A DNA stretch of 64,000 bases from a virus, in IMG/VR virus record IMGVR_UViG_3300025141_012985, positions 20,178-84,177 of that record. One strand, given 5' to 3'. Below, in pieces: positions 49,812 through 58,498 of the stretch. The notes below the pieces were generated by a model. It saw only the letters and a list, made by a program, of their open reading frames with translations, did not search any database and was not told the DNA's origin. Positions within the stretch are counted from its first letter, which is position 1, and each line of letters begins with the position of its first letter. A program made the translations under genes and the position numbers.

Positions 49812-50503
49812 GTATAATTAGAATCGGAAACGCCTCTCAGCTTGAAAGTTTTTTAAAAATTCTTTCTGAAGAAAGAGCCCAGAAAGATGATCTACCAGAA
49901 AAGCAGTCTGATATGGAAAGTGCAATAGACAGAGATTTAAAAAAATTCTCAAAGATATCTGAGCAAGAGGAAGACGATGATGAATCAGAAGAAGAATCAG
50001 ATGATGAATCAGAAGAAGAATCAGAAGAAGAATCAGAAGACGAAGGCATTGAAGACGAAGACGTAGATGTTGCCCCTCCTGAGGAAGAGGGAGAAGATGA
50101 ATACTTGTCGCCAGATGTAACCTATTATAAAATCAGGGATGAGATTAATGACATTAGAGCAGCACCATCCCTAAAGGGAAAAGAAGTAAAGCAAGATATG
50201 GAGCAGTGGCTTAGTAGGCTAAGTGATAGTGAAAAGGAAATGCTTTACACGTACTTGGACACTGTTGATCAAATCATGAGAAGCAAGGTTACCGGAAGTG
50301 ATGCACAGGATCCCAGCGATCCTCCCACTTCTTTAAGACTATCAGGAGACGAAGACGGTGAAGACGCGGATGAAGAAGGCGACGACGAGGAGTCGTCTGA
50401 AGAAGTTTCTGGAGATACGGAAGATACGTCTCCCCCAATCAAGGCTGGCGGATCTCAGGATCTATCCGAGATTAGACAAAAAGTTAAAGCGTTAATGCGC
50501 TGA
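49808..50503 (+). CDS. Highly acidic hypothetical protein
   Basis: E/D-rich tracts; 12-nt GAATCAGAWGAW repeats at about 49982-50041. Confidence 0.6.
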   Translation: MSIIRIGNASQLESFLKILSEERAQKDDLPEKQSDMESAIDRDLKKFSKISEQEEDDDESEEESDDESEEESEEESEDEGIEDEDVDVAPPEEEGEDEYLSPDVTYYKIRDEINDIRAAPSLKGKEVKQDMEQWLSRLSDSEKEMLYTYLDTVDQIMRSKVTGSDAQDPSDPPTSLRLSGDEDGEDADEEGDDEESSEEVSGDTEDTSPPIKAGGSQDLSEIRQKVKALMR

Positions 50504-50526
50504 TAGCATTTAAATAAAGTAATTCA

Positions 50527-50555
50527 TGTAAATTTAGCCATGAATATGGTATAAT
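50527..50555 (+). promoter_or_regulatory. Class A promoter TGTAAA-N17-TATAAT (extended TGn)
   Basis: Six nt before ATG 50562; possibly a leaderless mRNA. Confidence 0.6.
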
Positions 50556-50561
50556 TTTCCT

Positions 50562-50777
50562 ATGGAAAAAAGAACTATTAATTTACCGCATGGCGGAACA
50601 CTAGAAGTTGACTGTACATCTGAATTTCTTGATGTTGTAAAGAAATCTCTCAATATTGTGGGAAGAGATGTAAGCGATGCTGATGTAAAAAACTTTATAT
50701 ATGAGGCATTTAAAACTGGGATAGACAATGCAGAACAAGAGCTTATTGATAAAGAGCAATTAATCAAAGATGATTAA
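50562..50777 (+). CDS. Hypothetical protein
   Basis: Directly follows the promoter. Confidence 0.55.
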   Translation: MEKRTINLPHGGTLEVDCTSEFLDVVKKSLNIVGRDVSDADVKNFIYEAFKTGIDNAEQELIDKEQLIKDD

Positions 50778-50799
50778 TAGTTATGTCTGCGGAGACGAC

Positions 50800-51087
50800 A
50801 TGATGAATAGGCTTTTTTCAAGACAGTTAATTATTGAATCAATTGCTAGTGATCTTTTTGAGCTAGCTAGCGGAAAAATTACTGAGTACGGATCGATAGA
50901 TCACATTCAAGAGCTAGAAAGAATGGAGAATGAGCTTAGATCGCTTAAGGGATCTATGCAGAGAGGGCCCGATAGACTCACTTTGAGAAAAGAAAAAGCA
51001 ACACTACAGAGGGCTATTGAGTCAATAAGGTATCTTAAAACTAAGGCAGAAAGAGCAGGAAAGAGCAAGGGCCTTCTTAAGACGTAG
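50800..51087 (+). CDS. Coiled-coil hypothetical protein
   Basis: ATAGTTA at 50777; GGAG before ATG 50800 (track 50770). Confidence 0.5.
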   Translation: MMNRLFSRQLIIESIASDLFELASGKITEYGSIDHIQELERMENELRSLKGSMQRGPDRLTLRKEKATLQRAIESIRYLKTKAERAGKSKGLLKT

Positions 51088-51096
51088 GAGAATGGT

Positions 51097-51747
51097 GTGA
51101 AGATAGGGATTTTTGGTGGGGGATTTAAGCCCTTTACTACTGGTCATTTTTCAAAGTTGTCGCTTTCATTATCTGAGAATGATGTAACATATCTCTTCTA
51201 TGGCGTTTCTCCTAGAATGAAGAATTCTGATTTTCTCTATACTGGAGAGATGGCTGAAAAAGTTTTTGATATAGTTAAATCATCTCTTAATGATAGATTT
51301 GGAGACAAGATTATTGTTCAAAAGGGAGTGCCGACCCCCCTTGTAGAGATTTTTCTCTTAATTGAAAGAATTAAAGATGATAAAGATAGCTCTGACTTGT
51401 TAACAGTGTACTCTGGTAAAGAAGATGAGCATAGATTTACCAAGTATATTAACACTCCGCATGAAGAGAAGTACTTTGGAAATCTTGTCAAATCAAATAG
51501 GCTACTGTTTAAGTCAAGTAATATCTGTAATTTAACAAAGTCTATGAAGAATTTTTACCCTAAGCTTAGCAATGAAAAAATAGAATCCCTTATAAAAGTT
51601 AAGGGCTCTGTTGTGAGGGGCGCAATTCTTAAAAATGATATTGAGACAGTTAAAAACTATATGCCGTCATTTCTGTTTGAAACAAGATATAATGGACATG
51701 CGGCATCAGACGAAATTATACGCGCACTATGGGGTGAGAATAGATGA
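51097..51747 (+). CDS. Cytidylyltransferase-like (HxGH class) nucleotidyltransferase
   Basis: IFGGGFKPFTTGH; C-terminal KGSVVRGAI. Confidence 0.75.
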   Translation: MKIGIFGGGFKPFTTGHFSKLSLSLSENDVTYLFYGVSPRMKNSDFLYTGEMAEKVFDIVKSSLNDRFGDKIIVQKGVPTPLVEIFLLIERIKDDKDSSDLLTVYSGKEDEHRFTKYINTPHEEKYFGNLVKSNRLLFKSSNICNLTKSMKNFYPKLSNEKIESLIKVKGSVVRGAILKNDIETVKNYMPSFLFETRYNGHAASDEIIRALWGENR

Positions 51748-52979
51748 GAGGGCATATTAAAAATATTTATGAGCTTACAGATCTTCCAATAAGTGATTTG
51801 TTTGAAATGATTGACAGCTTTTTTTCTGCTGATCATAGAATGATTAAGAACCCAGTTGAAAAAATGGATGGACAAAATCTTACATTTACAGTCATCGATG
51901 GTGAGCTTAGGTTTTTCTTTAAAGGTGTAACTCTATCTTCAATTAAATCAGGCGGTCTCAATAAACGTGGGATTGGTGACAAGTATAGCAGTGTCAATAA
52001 GGAAAGTGTAAGAGTGGCATATCTAGATGCGTATTCCTCTCTTAGCAGCATAGCTAAGAGACATTCTGGATTTTTTAATAATGGAGAGATTGTTGTTGAA
52101 ACAGCACTAATTGATCCAAGAAATATGAATACAATTCCATATAAAAATTCTGGAATTTACTTTATTCAGGCATGGGATCTTGAGAATGATATGAAAGTTG
52201 ATAGTGCTGATTACAGATCTCTTCTTGGCGATGCTATAAGCTGTGCTACAAAGATTCCCATTAAAAGTCCTCATAAAGTCGTTCTTCAAAAACCAGACGT
52301 CTCATTTGAAGAGATCATTGAGATCTGTGATGAGCTTGGATCTATTCTTACTGATAGCAGCCTAAACGAGGACCACACAATAGGAGATCTAGTTGTCTCT
52401 CTTGTTGAATCACACATTGAAAAATATTCATTTATTCCTTCTAAAATTAGAAGAGATGCAGCTCGCAGACTTGTCTTTAATAGGGGACCAATTGCTGGAA
52501 AATTTAAACAATATGCTAATCAAGCTGCATGGAATAGATTTAAAATCTTACAGAAGTCTGGAAGGCTCATTGTTTCAGAGGCAAGGATTCCGCTTGACAG
52601 AGTGATTCAGAAGATAAGTGCTATCGCATTTAGACCGATTAGCTTTAAACTAGAAGCTCAACCCCCTGAGCAAATTAAGAAAGGCGTAGAGATTATTAGA
52701 GATGGCTTTGCTAATAGCAGACTTCTTGGGACGCCTAGCCAGATCGACGAGATTAGAATCCTTTTGAAGTGTATCAGAGGAAATGATCACTTAATTGAGA
52801 AGTCTACAGAAGGGTTTGTTTTTGAGTGGAAGGGAAGAGAGACAAAGCTTGTGGGAATGTTTACACCAGTCAATAGGCTAAATGCACTTCTATCCTACGG
52901 TGAAAAGCCAGTTACATTCACCAAGAAGACATATTGGACGAAAAAATTTTTTGATGAGGACTATTGGTATGGGTGGTAA
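51744..52979 (+). CDS. ATP-dependent ligase-fold nucleotidyltransferase (KxDG)
   Basis: Motif I EKMDG, motif III VVE, motif IV EGFVF, motif V KLVG. Confidence 0.6.
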   Translation: MRGHIKNIYELTDLPISDLFEMIDSFFSADHRMIKNPVEKMDGQNLTFTVIDGELRFFFKGVTLSSIKSGGLNKRGIGDKYSSVNKESVRVAYLDAYSSLSSIAKRHSGFFNNGEIVVETALIDPRNMNTIPYKNSGIYFIQAWDLENDMKVDSADYRSLLGDAISCATKIPIKSPHKVVLQKPDVSFEEIIEICDELGSILTDSSLNEDHTIGDLVVSLVESHIEKYSFIPSKIRRDAARRLVFNRGPIAGKFKQYANQAAWNRFKILQKSGRLIVSEARIPLDRVIQKISAIAFRPISFKLEAQPPEQIKKGVEIIRDGFANSRLLGTPSQIDEIRILLKCIRGNDHLIEKSTEGFVFEWKGRETKLVGMFTPVNRLNALLSYGEKPVTFTKKTYWTKKFFDEDYWYGW

Positions 52980-53778
52980 GGTTTTTAGAGACGCTTTTGG
53001 AAATCCAACAGTCACGATGATTAGGCGTGAGAATGTTGAGGAGACACTAGGCTCATTTAGGAATGATTATCTTAGTCAGCTTGGGGTGACTGAGTGTCAC
53101 CCGATAGGAAGCACAGATAGTAGGTCAACAGCACAACTACTGGGTGACATGGATGTGGTCATAGGGTGTGGAGATCTAGATCCAAAGTACTTTAAGCACG
53201 AGGTGTTTGAATATCTATCTGAATCTCTTGGTTCAGACCAGGTTAAGAAGGTTGGATCGATCGTATCTGTAAGATATCCCATCAGAGGGACACAGATAAA
53301 TGAACATGTTCAGATAGACCTGATGACTAGTCAAGACCCGTCAGGAACATCATGGCTTATGTCAGGCGGACAGATAAAGGGAGTATTTAGGAACCTTCTT
53401 CTCAGCCTGATAGCCAAGAATCGATCCAGAGAGCTTACAGAGGAGGTTGGTGAGGATGTAAAGATCTCTATTGCATATCCTGGCGGAATGGCAATCAAAA
53501 GGAATGGCAAGCTCATCCTAGAGAGTCGTATTACATGTCCAAGACATATGATGAAGGTTCTTAGGATTAAGACCGACCCAGATAGTATTAGAACATTTAA
53601 AGGCTTAGTTAATTACTGCACCGGTGATTCCCGTACTAGGCCTGCATTGTTAGAATTCAGCGACAGAGTCACAGGCGCAACCGGCATGAATTACATTGCA
53701 GACTATGAGTCAAAGATGCCCAGGGAGGCTCTACGGGCGACTAACTATATTAATGAGTCACTGTTAAGAACGTCTTAA
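52969..53778 (+). CDS. Pol-beta superfamily nucleotidyltransferase
   Basis: IGS...GDMDV...QIDLM; ATG at 52969 after GAGGA (track 52882). Confidence 0.7.
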   Translation: MGGKVFRDAFGNPTVTMIRRENVEETLGSFRNDYLSQLGVTECHPIGSTDSRSTAQLLGDMDVVIGCGDLDPKYFKHEVFEYLSESLGSDQVKKVGSIVSVRYPIRGTQINEHVQIDLMTSQDPSGTSWLMSGGQIKGVFRNLLLSLIAKNRSRELTEEVGEDVKISIAYPGGMAIKRNGKLILESRITCPRHMMKVLRIKTDPDSIRTFKGLVNYCTGDSRTRPALLEFSDRVTGATGMNYIADYESKMPREALRATNYINESLLRTS

Positions 53779-53815
53779 GAAGAATATGTATACTAAGTAG
53801 AACAGGTATACAGTA

Positions 53816-55276
53816 ATGATGATTTCTGAGACTATTCTTAGACGGTATATAAGAGAGATTTTTCTTGAAGCTAGCCGTGTGGGGATGCCAGCTGGTGAGC
53901 TATCAAAGCCCAAGAGTAAGTACGGAAGACCGGACAGATTTGAAATACTTCTTCTGAAGATCCAGGAGGAAGACTGGTTTACAATTAGTCTTGAGAAGGA
54001 GCATGTCGTCGACGGAGAGGCCTGGCCTGAGCAGATTGCGCGGGTTATAATTCTCAAAGATGACCCCCACAATCAGGAGATAATTGCAAAGATTAAGAGT
54101 CTTGTCTCGATTTCAGGAAAAGATCAGTCAGAGAGAGAGGAAGGTGCCAGAGAGCTTCAGGCCATGGTGGCACAGCAGAAGATCAAGGTTCAGATCATGG
54201 ACGGGCTTGGGGGATTTGGTTTCATTGATAGACTTGGCCAGATCATAAAGACTGGAAAGGATGATCTGGACCCCCACGAAAAACACGGGTTTAAGAGGCA
54301 GGGTAAAGGTGGTTCGCTGTCCCTAGGGATCATAAGTGAAAAAAGAGTTGTAGAGGATATAAATCTCGCACTACAGGGAGCGGGCGCTTTCAGCACTGAT
54401 CTCCCCCCAAGTCACCCTTTGACTGTGGTTCTCTTAGATGAAAATGGGAAGAACAATATAACTCTTAACAAAGTCACTAGTGCAGCAGCTGCTGGAACAC
54501 AAAAGAAGGGCGGAGTTACATCAAAAAGTGATGTTGATATCACGTACGACGGAGGAAGCTCAGATATAAGCATCAGTATGAAGATGATAAATGCTGGGCA
54601 CTGGCTTTCCGCAGATTCCTTCTTCCTCCACATTAGTCAGTTCATAGATGCTTTGCTCACTTCGGGAGTCAATACAGATGACGGAAGAAAGGCATTTCTG
54701 GAACCCGACGGTGAGTTTGTTAAAATGGTTGTTGAGGATTCTAATGGGAATCGGTCTGATGCTACCTTTACTCTACCTGATGACGCTCTAGGTCCTAACT
54801 TTATGCAACATGCAACATTTGGATCTGGAGAAAATAAGGCAGACGTCATTCTTAAGGGAGACTATTGGGCTGACGAACCCGTGGGTGATTGGGATCCTTT
54901 AACAAAAACTCTCACAATATCGGGCGGTATTTATAAATCCCTTGAAGAGCTTAAAGAAGGTGATCTACCTAAGTTTATAATAACAGGGTCGAAAGACCGC
55001 AAAAAGTCGTATATTTCTCCACCCCCTGCAGAGGGAGATAGTGGAGCATCTCCTGCCCTTGACAGCGAGTCGAGTGGACTCCCCAAACTTCAGACTGTCC
55101 GGGGCTTGAGGTTTCAAGTTGTGATAGCTAGTAGAGTTTCTAAAGCTGTTATGCTTGACTGGACTGGTATAGGTCATCACATAGACTCGGGCCCACTTCT
55201 CAAGGGTGCACAGCTTCCTGAGGCATTGATTCGACAGTTCGTCAGAGAGATGCTTCTGCTAGGATCGGCCAAGTGA
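53816..55276 (+). CDS. Putative PD-(D/E)xK-fold nuclease flanked by LRxxIRE-type helices
   Basis: E...KSDV...ISISMK core; N-terminal ILRRYIREIFLE; C-terminal LIRQFVREML. Confidence 0.5.
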   Translation: MMISETILRRYIREIFLEASRVGMPAGELSKPKSKYGRPDRFEILLLKIQEEDWFTISLEKEHVVDGEAWPEQIARVIILKDDPHNQEIIAKIKSLVSISGKDQSEREEGARELQAMVAQQKIKVQIMDGLGGFGFIDRLGQIIKTGKDDLDPHEKHGFKRQGKGGSLSLGIISEKRVVEDINLALQGAGAFSTDLPPSHPLTVVLLDENGKNNITLNKVTSAAAAGTQKKGGVTSKSDVDITYDGGSSDISISMKMINAGHWLSADSFFLHISQFIDALLTSGVNTDDGRKAFLEPDGEFVKMVVEDSNGNRSDATFTLPDDALGPNFMQHATFGSGENKADVILKGDYWADEPVGDWDPLTKTLTISGGIYKSLEELKEGDLPKFIITGSKDRKKSYISPPPAEGDSGASPALDSESSGLPKLQTVRGLRFQVVIASRVSKAVMLDWTGIGHHIDSGPLLKGAQLPEALIRQFVREMLLLGSAK

Positions 55277-55542
55277 TCCCTGACAGGATCAGGGAGCAGG
55301 CTGAGTTTGTGTCATCTTACGCAGGTGATATGGACGACTGGGTCATGATCAAGAAACAGATCATGTTAGGGATACCATCGATTCTAAGAAAGAATTTTTC
55401 TACCAGAGACCCTAAGACAAAGGAGCAGTGGCTCAATAATTTTGAGCAGGAGCTGATTAATTATTATCATGAGCTAACGGGTGTGAGGCTTGTCCTGAGA
55501 ACACTTGTTGAAAGAAGGGAGATGTTCGGTGAACTCAAATGA
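55273..55542 (+). CDS. Hypothetical protein
   Basis: GTGA-coupled ORF. Confidence 0.5.
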   Translation: MIPDRIREQAEFVSSYAGDMDDWVMIKKQIMLGIPSILRKNFSTRDPKTKEQWLNNFEQELINYYHELTGVRLVLRTLVERREMFGELK

Positions 55543-56572
55543 AAAGATAGTTCGACAGTATGTCAGAGAGATCTTGATTTCTGAAAGAAAGGGACGGGCT
55601 GACGTCAGAAGAAGAGGTCAAGAAGTAGGGATAGGTATTACTCCAGACGTTATAGGGTGGCTTAAAGATATGAAAGATATGTTTGGTCATTTTTGGAATG
55701 CAATTAAGGGTCTTGTGTATACTGGAACAGCAGCGTACAAGGGAGCAGAATCTGTATTTAAGGTAGGATCAGAAGCATTACAAGGTGTTGTGGGTGGAAA
55801 GGAGCCAGACTACGATAGCATTATTACAAATCAAGCAGCAACTATGAGAAAAATGAGAGATTGGACAGGAATTGAACAGATGCCGACACTTGGGCAGAAT
55901 TTAGGACTTACATCTCGGACAAATGAATCTATAGATTTATCTCTAAAGAGCATGTCTCTCTCATTTCTACTTGAGCAATTAGCTGTCCAAGATGCCATGC
56001 TCGATGATCAGGCGGAGGGATCTGCAATAGTAGATGCTGCAGTACAGGATGTCTCTCAGGAAATGTCAAGAATTGACAGTCTAGGTATGCCCGAGCCGCC
56101 GGAAGAGGCGTCAGAAGATATTCCATTACCATCCCTAGATCCGTCACGATCACAAGAAATATCTGCTGAGATGTCACGTGCAGCAAATGCTGATGTTCAG
56201 AATGTAATGAACATGTATCATCAAGCAGTCAATAGCACAACACTTCAGAGTACAATGAACATTGTGTCTCGAGCAATGGGGAGACAAGACTCAGGACAGT
56301 CGTTTACACCCGAAGCATTATCACAAAGAGTGTCATCACTAACAGGTGAGGCTATTACACCTGAAGATATTGATGCGGGATCACAGGACTTAATGCGAAA
56401 AATTAAGGGATTAATACCCAGCTTGTTCACTGGCATTCTAGGGGGATCACTAGATAGGGTTCTTTCTTCTGTGGTTTCTGAGCCTCTGGAGGTTCAAGAG
56501 GCAATAAAGAATGCAGTTATGCCGTCATACAATCAGGCGCTAGAGATAGTTAAAGTTAACAGCCACCTATAA
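55529..56572 (+). CDS. Hypothetical protein with VRQYVRE helix (putative internal head protein)
   Basis: GTG at 55529 after GGGAG; NEKIVRQYVREILISE. Confidence 0.55.
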   Translation: MNSNEKIVRQYVREILISERKGRADVRRRGQEVGIGITPDVIGWLKDMKDMFGHFWNAIKGLVYTGTAAYKGAESVFKVGSEALQGVVGGKEPDYDSIITNQAATMRKMRDWTGIEQMPTLGQNLGLTSRTNESIDLSLKSMSLSFLLEQLAVQDAMLDDQAEGSAIVDAAVQDVSQEMSRIDSLGMPEPPEEASEDIPLPSLDPSRSQEISAEMSRAANADVQNVMNMYHQAVNSTTLQSTMNIVSRAMGRQDSGQSFTPEALSQRVSSLTGEAITPEDIDAGSQDLMRKIKGLIPSLFTGILGGSLDRVLSSVVSEPLEVQEAIKNAVMPSYNQALEIVKVNSHL

Positions 56573-56619
56573 ACTTTTTTTAATATTTGTGCAATAATGA
56601 ATTATTGACAGAGGTTGAT

Positions 56620-56997
56620 ATGGAAAATAGAAGTGGAAAGTGGTTCCCTGAAATCATGTATGAGGAAGGGCAAGACGGAGGTTCTTCTCAGATACCGTTT
56701 ATAATGGTTCCTGAAGGTGAGAAAATGCCAAAAATGTTATTTATGTTTGAAAGCAGGGCAAACGGCACATTTGAGCCCGGACTAGAGGGCGAAGAGGTTC
56801 CCGTATATGAATGGGATCTTCACCAATATGCAGACATGGCAATTTTAAAGGAGAAGCTCTCACCATCAATATATGATATTGTTAGAAAGTCTCTAGGCTT
56901 GGAGCCCTTAGCAATTGCAGCAGCTAAGGGATCAGCAATTACAGGAAGAATTCGAACAAACATAGATGAAGAGGAAGAAGGTGTCAAACTTGATTGA
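56620..56997 (+). CDS. Hypothetical protein
   Basis: ATG at 56620 after GAGG (track 56587). Confidence 0.55.
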   Translation: MENRSGKWFPEIMYEEGQDGGSSQIPFIMVPEGEKMPKMLFMFESRANGTFEPGLEGEEVPVYEWDLHQYADMAILKEKLSPSIYDIVRKSLGLEPLAIAAAKGSAITGRIRTNIDEEEEGVKLD

Positions 56998-57046
56998 ATT
57001 TTCCAATGCTGCAGAATAGTTAATAGAGGACATAGGAGATTTTATC

Positions 57047-57568
57047 ATGCGTTTCAACGCTAGCAGACTTGCAACACTTGCCGGAATTACATCTGAATAC
57101 TCTTCAGAAAGAAGATCTTTAAACGAGGCAGGAAATCAAAGTCGTCATGACGAAGGTCATGATGAAGGTTATGACTTCTACAAGGGTGACCTTAACGAAG
57201 TTGAAGACTTAGTTCCCAACCCATTTGGTGAGTCTGAAGCTGATGATAAAGATGCCATGGCTGCACTAGACGCCATGGGTGAACTTGACACACCTGTTGA
57301 TGAGATGGTTGAAATTAATGAGAATATGCTTCGTCGTGAGATTGCTAGAATGAGACAAGAGAGATCTCAGCGTGCAAATAAAACTAGCAGCAGGCTAGAC
57401 GAGGAGTCACGTCTTAGAAATGCAATTCGGCAGGAGATAGGAAGTATAACTGCTGAAATGAGAGATGACCTATACACAACAAGAAACTGGTTGTACGGTG
57501 ATAATAAGCCGCAAAATAGCAAGAAGGGATATGTTGCTCGTGGCGGCTTAAGCATTGGATTTAAATAA
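57047..57568 (+). CDS. Hypothetical late protein with RLATLAGI and two LRxxI helices
   Basis: ATAGTTA at 57016; AGGAG RBS; LNE sites. Confidence 0.6.
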   Translation: MRFNASRLATLAGITSEYSSERRSLNEAGNQSRHDEGHDEGYDFYKGDLNEVEDLVPNPFGESEADDKDAMAALDAMGELDTPVDEMVEINENMLRREIARMRQERSQRANKTSSRLDEESRLRNAIRQEIGSITAEMRDDLYTTRNWLYGDNKPQNSKKGYVARGGLSIGFK

Positions 57569-57779
57569 GCCAGGAGAAAGAATGCAGTTACACCCTACAG
57601 TTATCGAGAGATTGGTGAAAATTTATACCACATACGGTGGGTATAGAGAGGAACATAGACTTAGAGATGAGTTAAAAAAGGTTGATCTATCACCGTATAC
57701 TCAGCAGACAGGTGAAAAGTCCTCTTTTTTGGTTCTTTCTTCTGACATAGAGGAATATTTAAATAGCATTACTAGATAG
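57555..57779 (+). CDS. Hypothetical protein
   Basis: Likely ATG at 57582 after AGGAG. Confidence 0.5.
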   Translation: MDLNKPGERMQLHPTVIERLVKIYTTYGGYREEHRLRDELKKVDLSPYTQQTGEKSSFLVLSSDIEEYLNSITR

Positions 57780-57799
57780 ATTGTAATTTAATTAATCTA

Positions 57800-57829
57800 A
57801 GGAGACCCTAGTGGTCTCCTATTTTTTTT
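57800..57829 (+). terminator. Intrinsic terminator
   Basis: AGGAGACC-CTAGT-GGTCTCCT followed by A and a T run. Confidence 0.8.
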
Positions 57830-57882
57830 ATACGAACCTGATATTTTGTTGTATCTTTTTCAATAACGATGAGGAGAAGATT

Positions 57883-58305
57883 TTGTATGAAGTTGGACAA
57901 GTACTTTATCTTTTAATTAAAAAGAGTCAAAAAGTTGCTCCCGTGCAGATTGTTGAGCAAATAGTAAGAAAGACCATTTCAGGAGAAAATGTCTCCTACA
58001 CAGTTCAGATTCCAAATGGTGAAAAATCCAAAGTACTTCTTTCCAATATCGATTGTGAAATTTTTACTTCTACATCTTTAGTTAGAAAATTTATGATATC
58101 AAATGCAACTACTGCAATTGATAAAATTATCGCTGATTCAAAGATAGTTGCATCTTCATCATTTGAGAAAGAAAGAAATAATACGATTAACAATGTAGTA
58201 AATTTAAAGGATAGCAGTCATGTCAATCAGGATGCCGAAACAGTTACAATTGACTTAGGTGGTGGCGTTAAGGGAAAGATTGACATAGCTGCATTGGAGA
58301 TGTAA
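57883..58305 (+). CDS. Hypothetical protein
   Basis: TTG at 57883 after GAGGAG; the track start 57811 lies inside the terminator. Confidence 0.55.
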   Translation: MYEVGQVLYLLIKKSQKVAPVQIVEQIVRKTISGENVSYTVQIPNGEKSKVLLSNIDCEIFTSTSLVRKFMISNATTAIDKIIADSKIVASSSFEKERNNTINNVVNLKDSSHVNQDAETVTIDLGGGVKGKIDIAALEM

Positions 58306-58306
58306 A

Positions 58307-58498
58307 ATGAGTATTGAAAAGATTCTACCAGATTCTGACATAAAGAATCTAAGATCACAAGGAATTCTTGAAGACTGTGAAGTTGCAATTCAAGTTGGAG
58401 ATATAGTAATTGCTGAAAATGTTCTTACTAAATCTAGAAGGGTTTTAGATTCTAGCTTAGTCTTATCTGAATCAAATAGAAAAATTCTAAAGGGATGA
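58307..58498 (+). CDS. Hypothetical protein
   Basis: Coupled to groEL by an ATGA overlap. Confidence 0.55.
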   Translation: MSIEKILPDSDIKNLRSQGILEDCEVAIQVGDIVIAENVLTKSRRVLDSSLVLSESNRKILKG

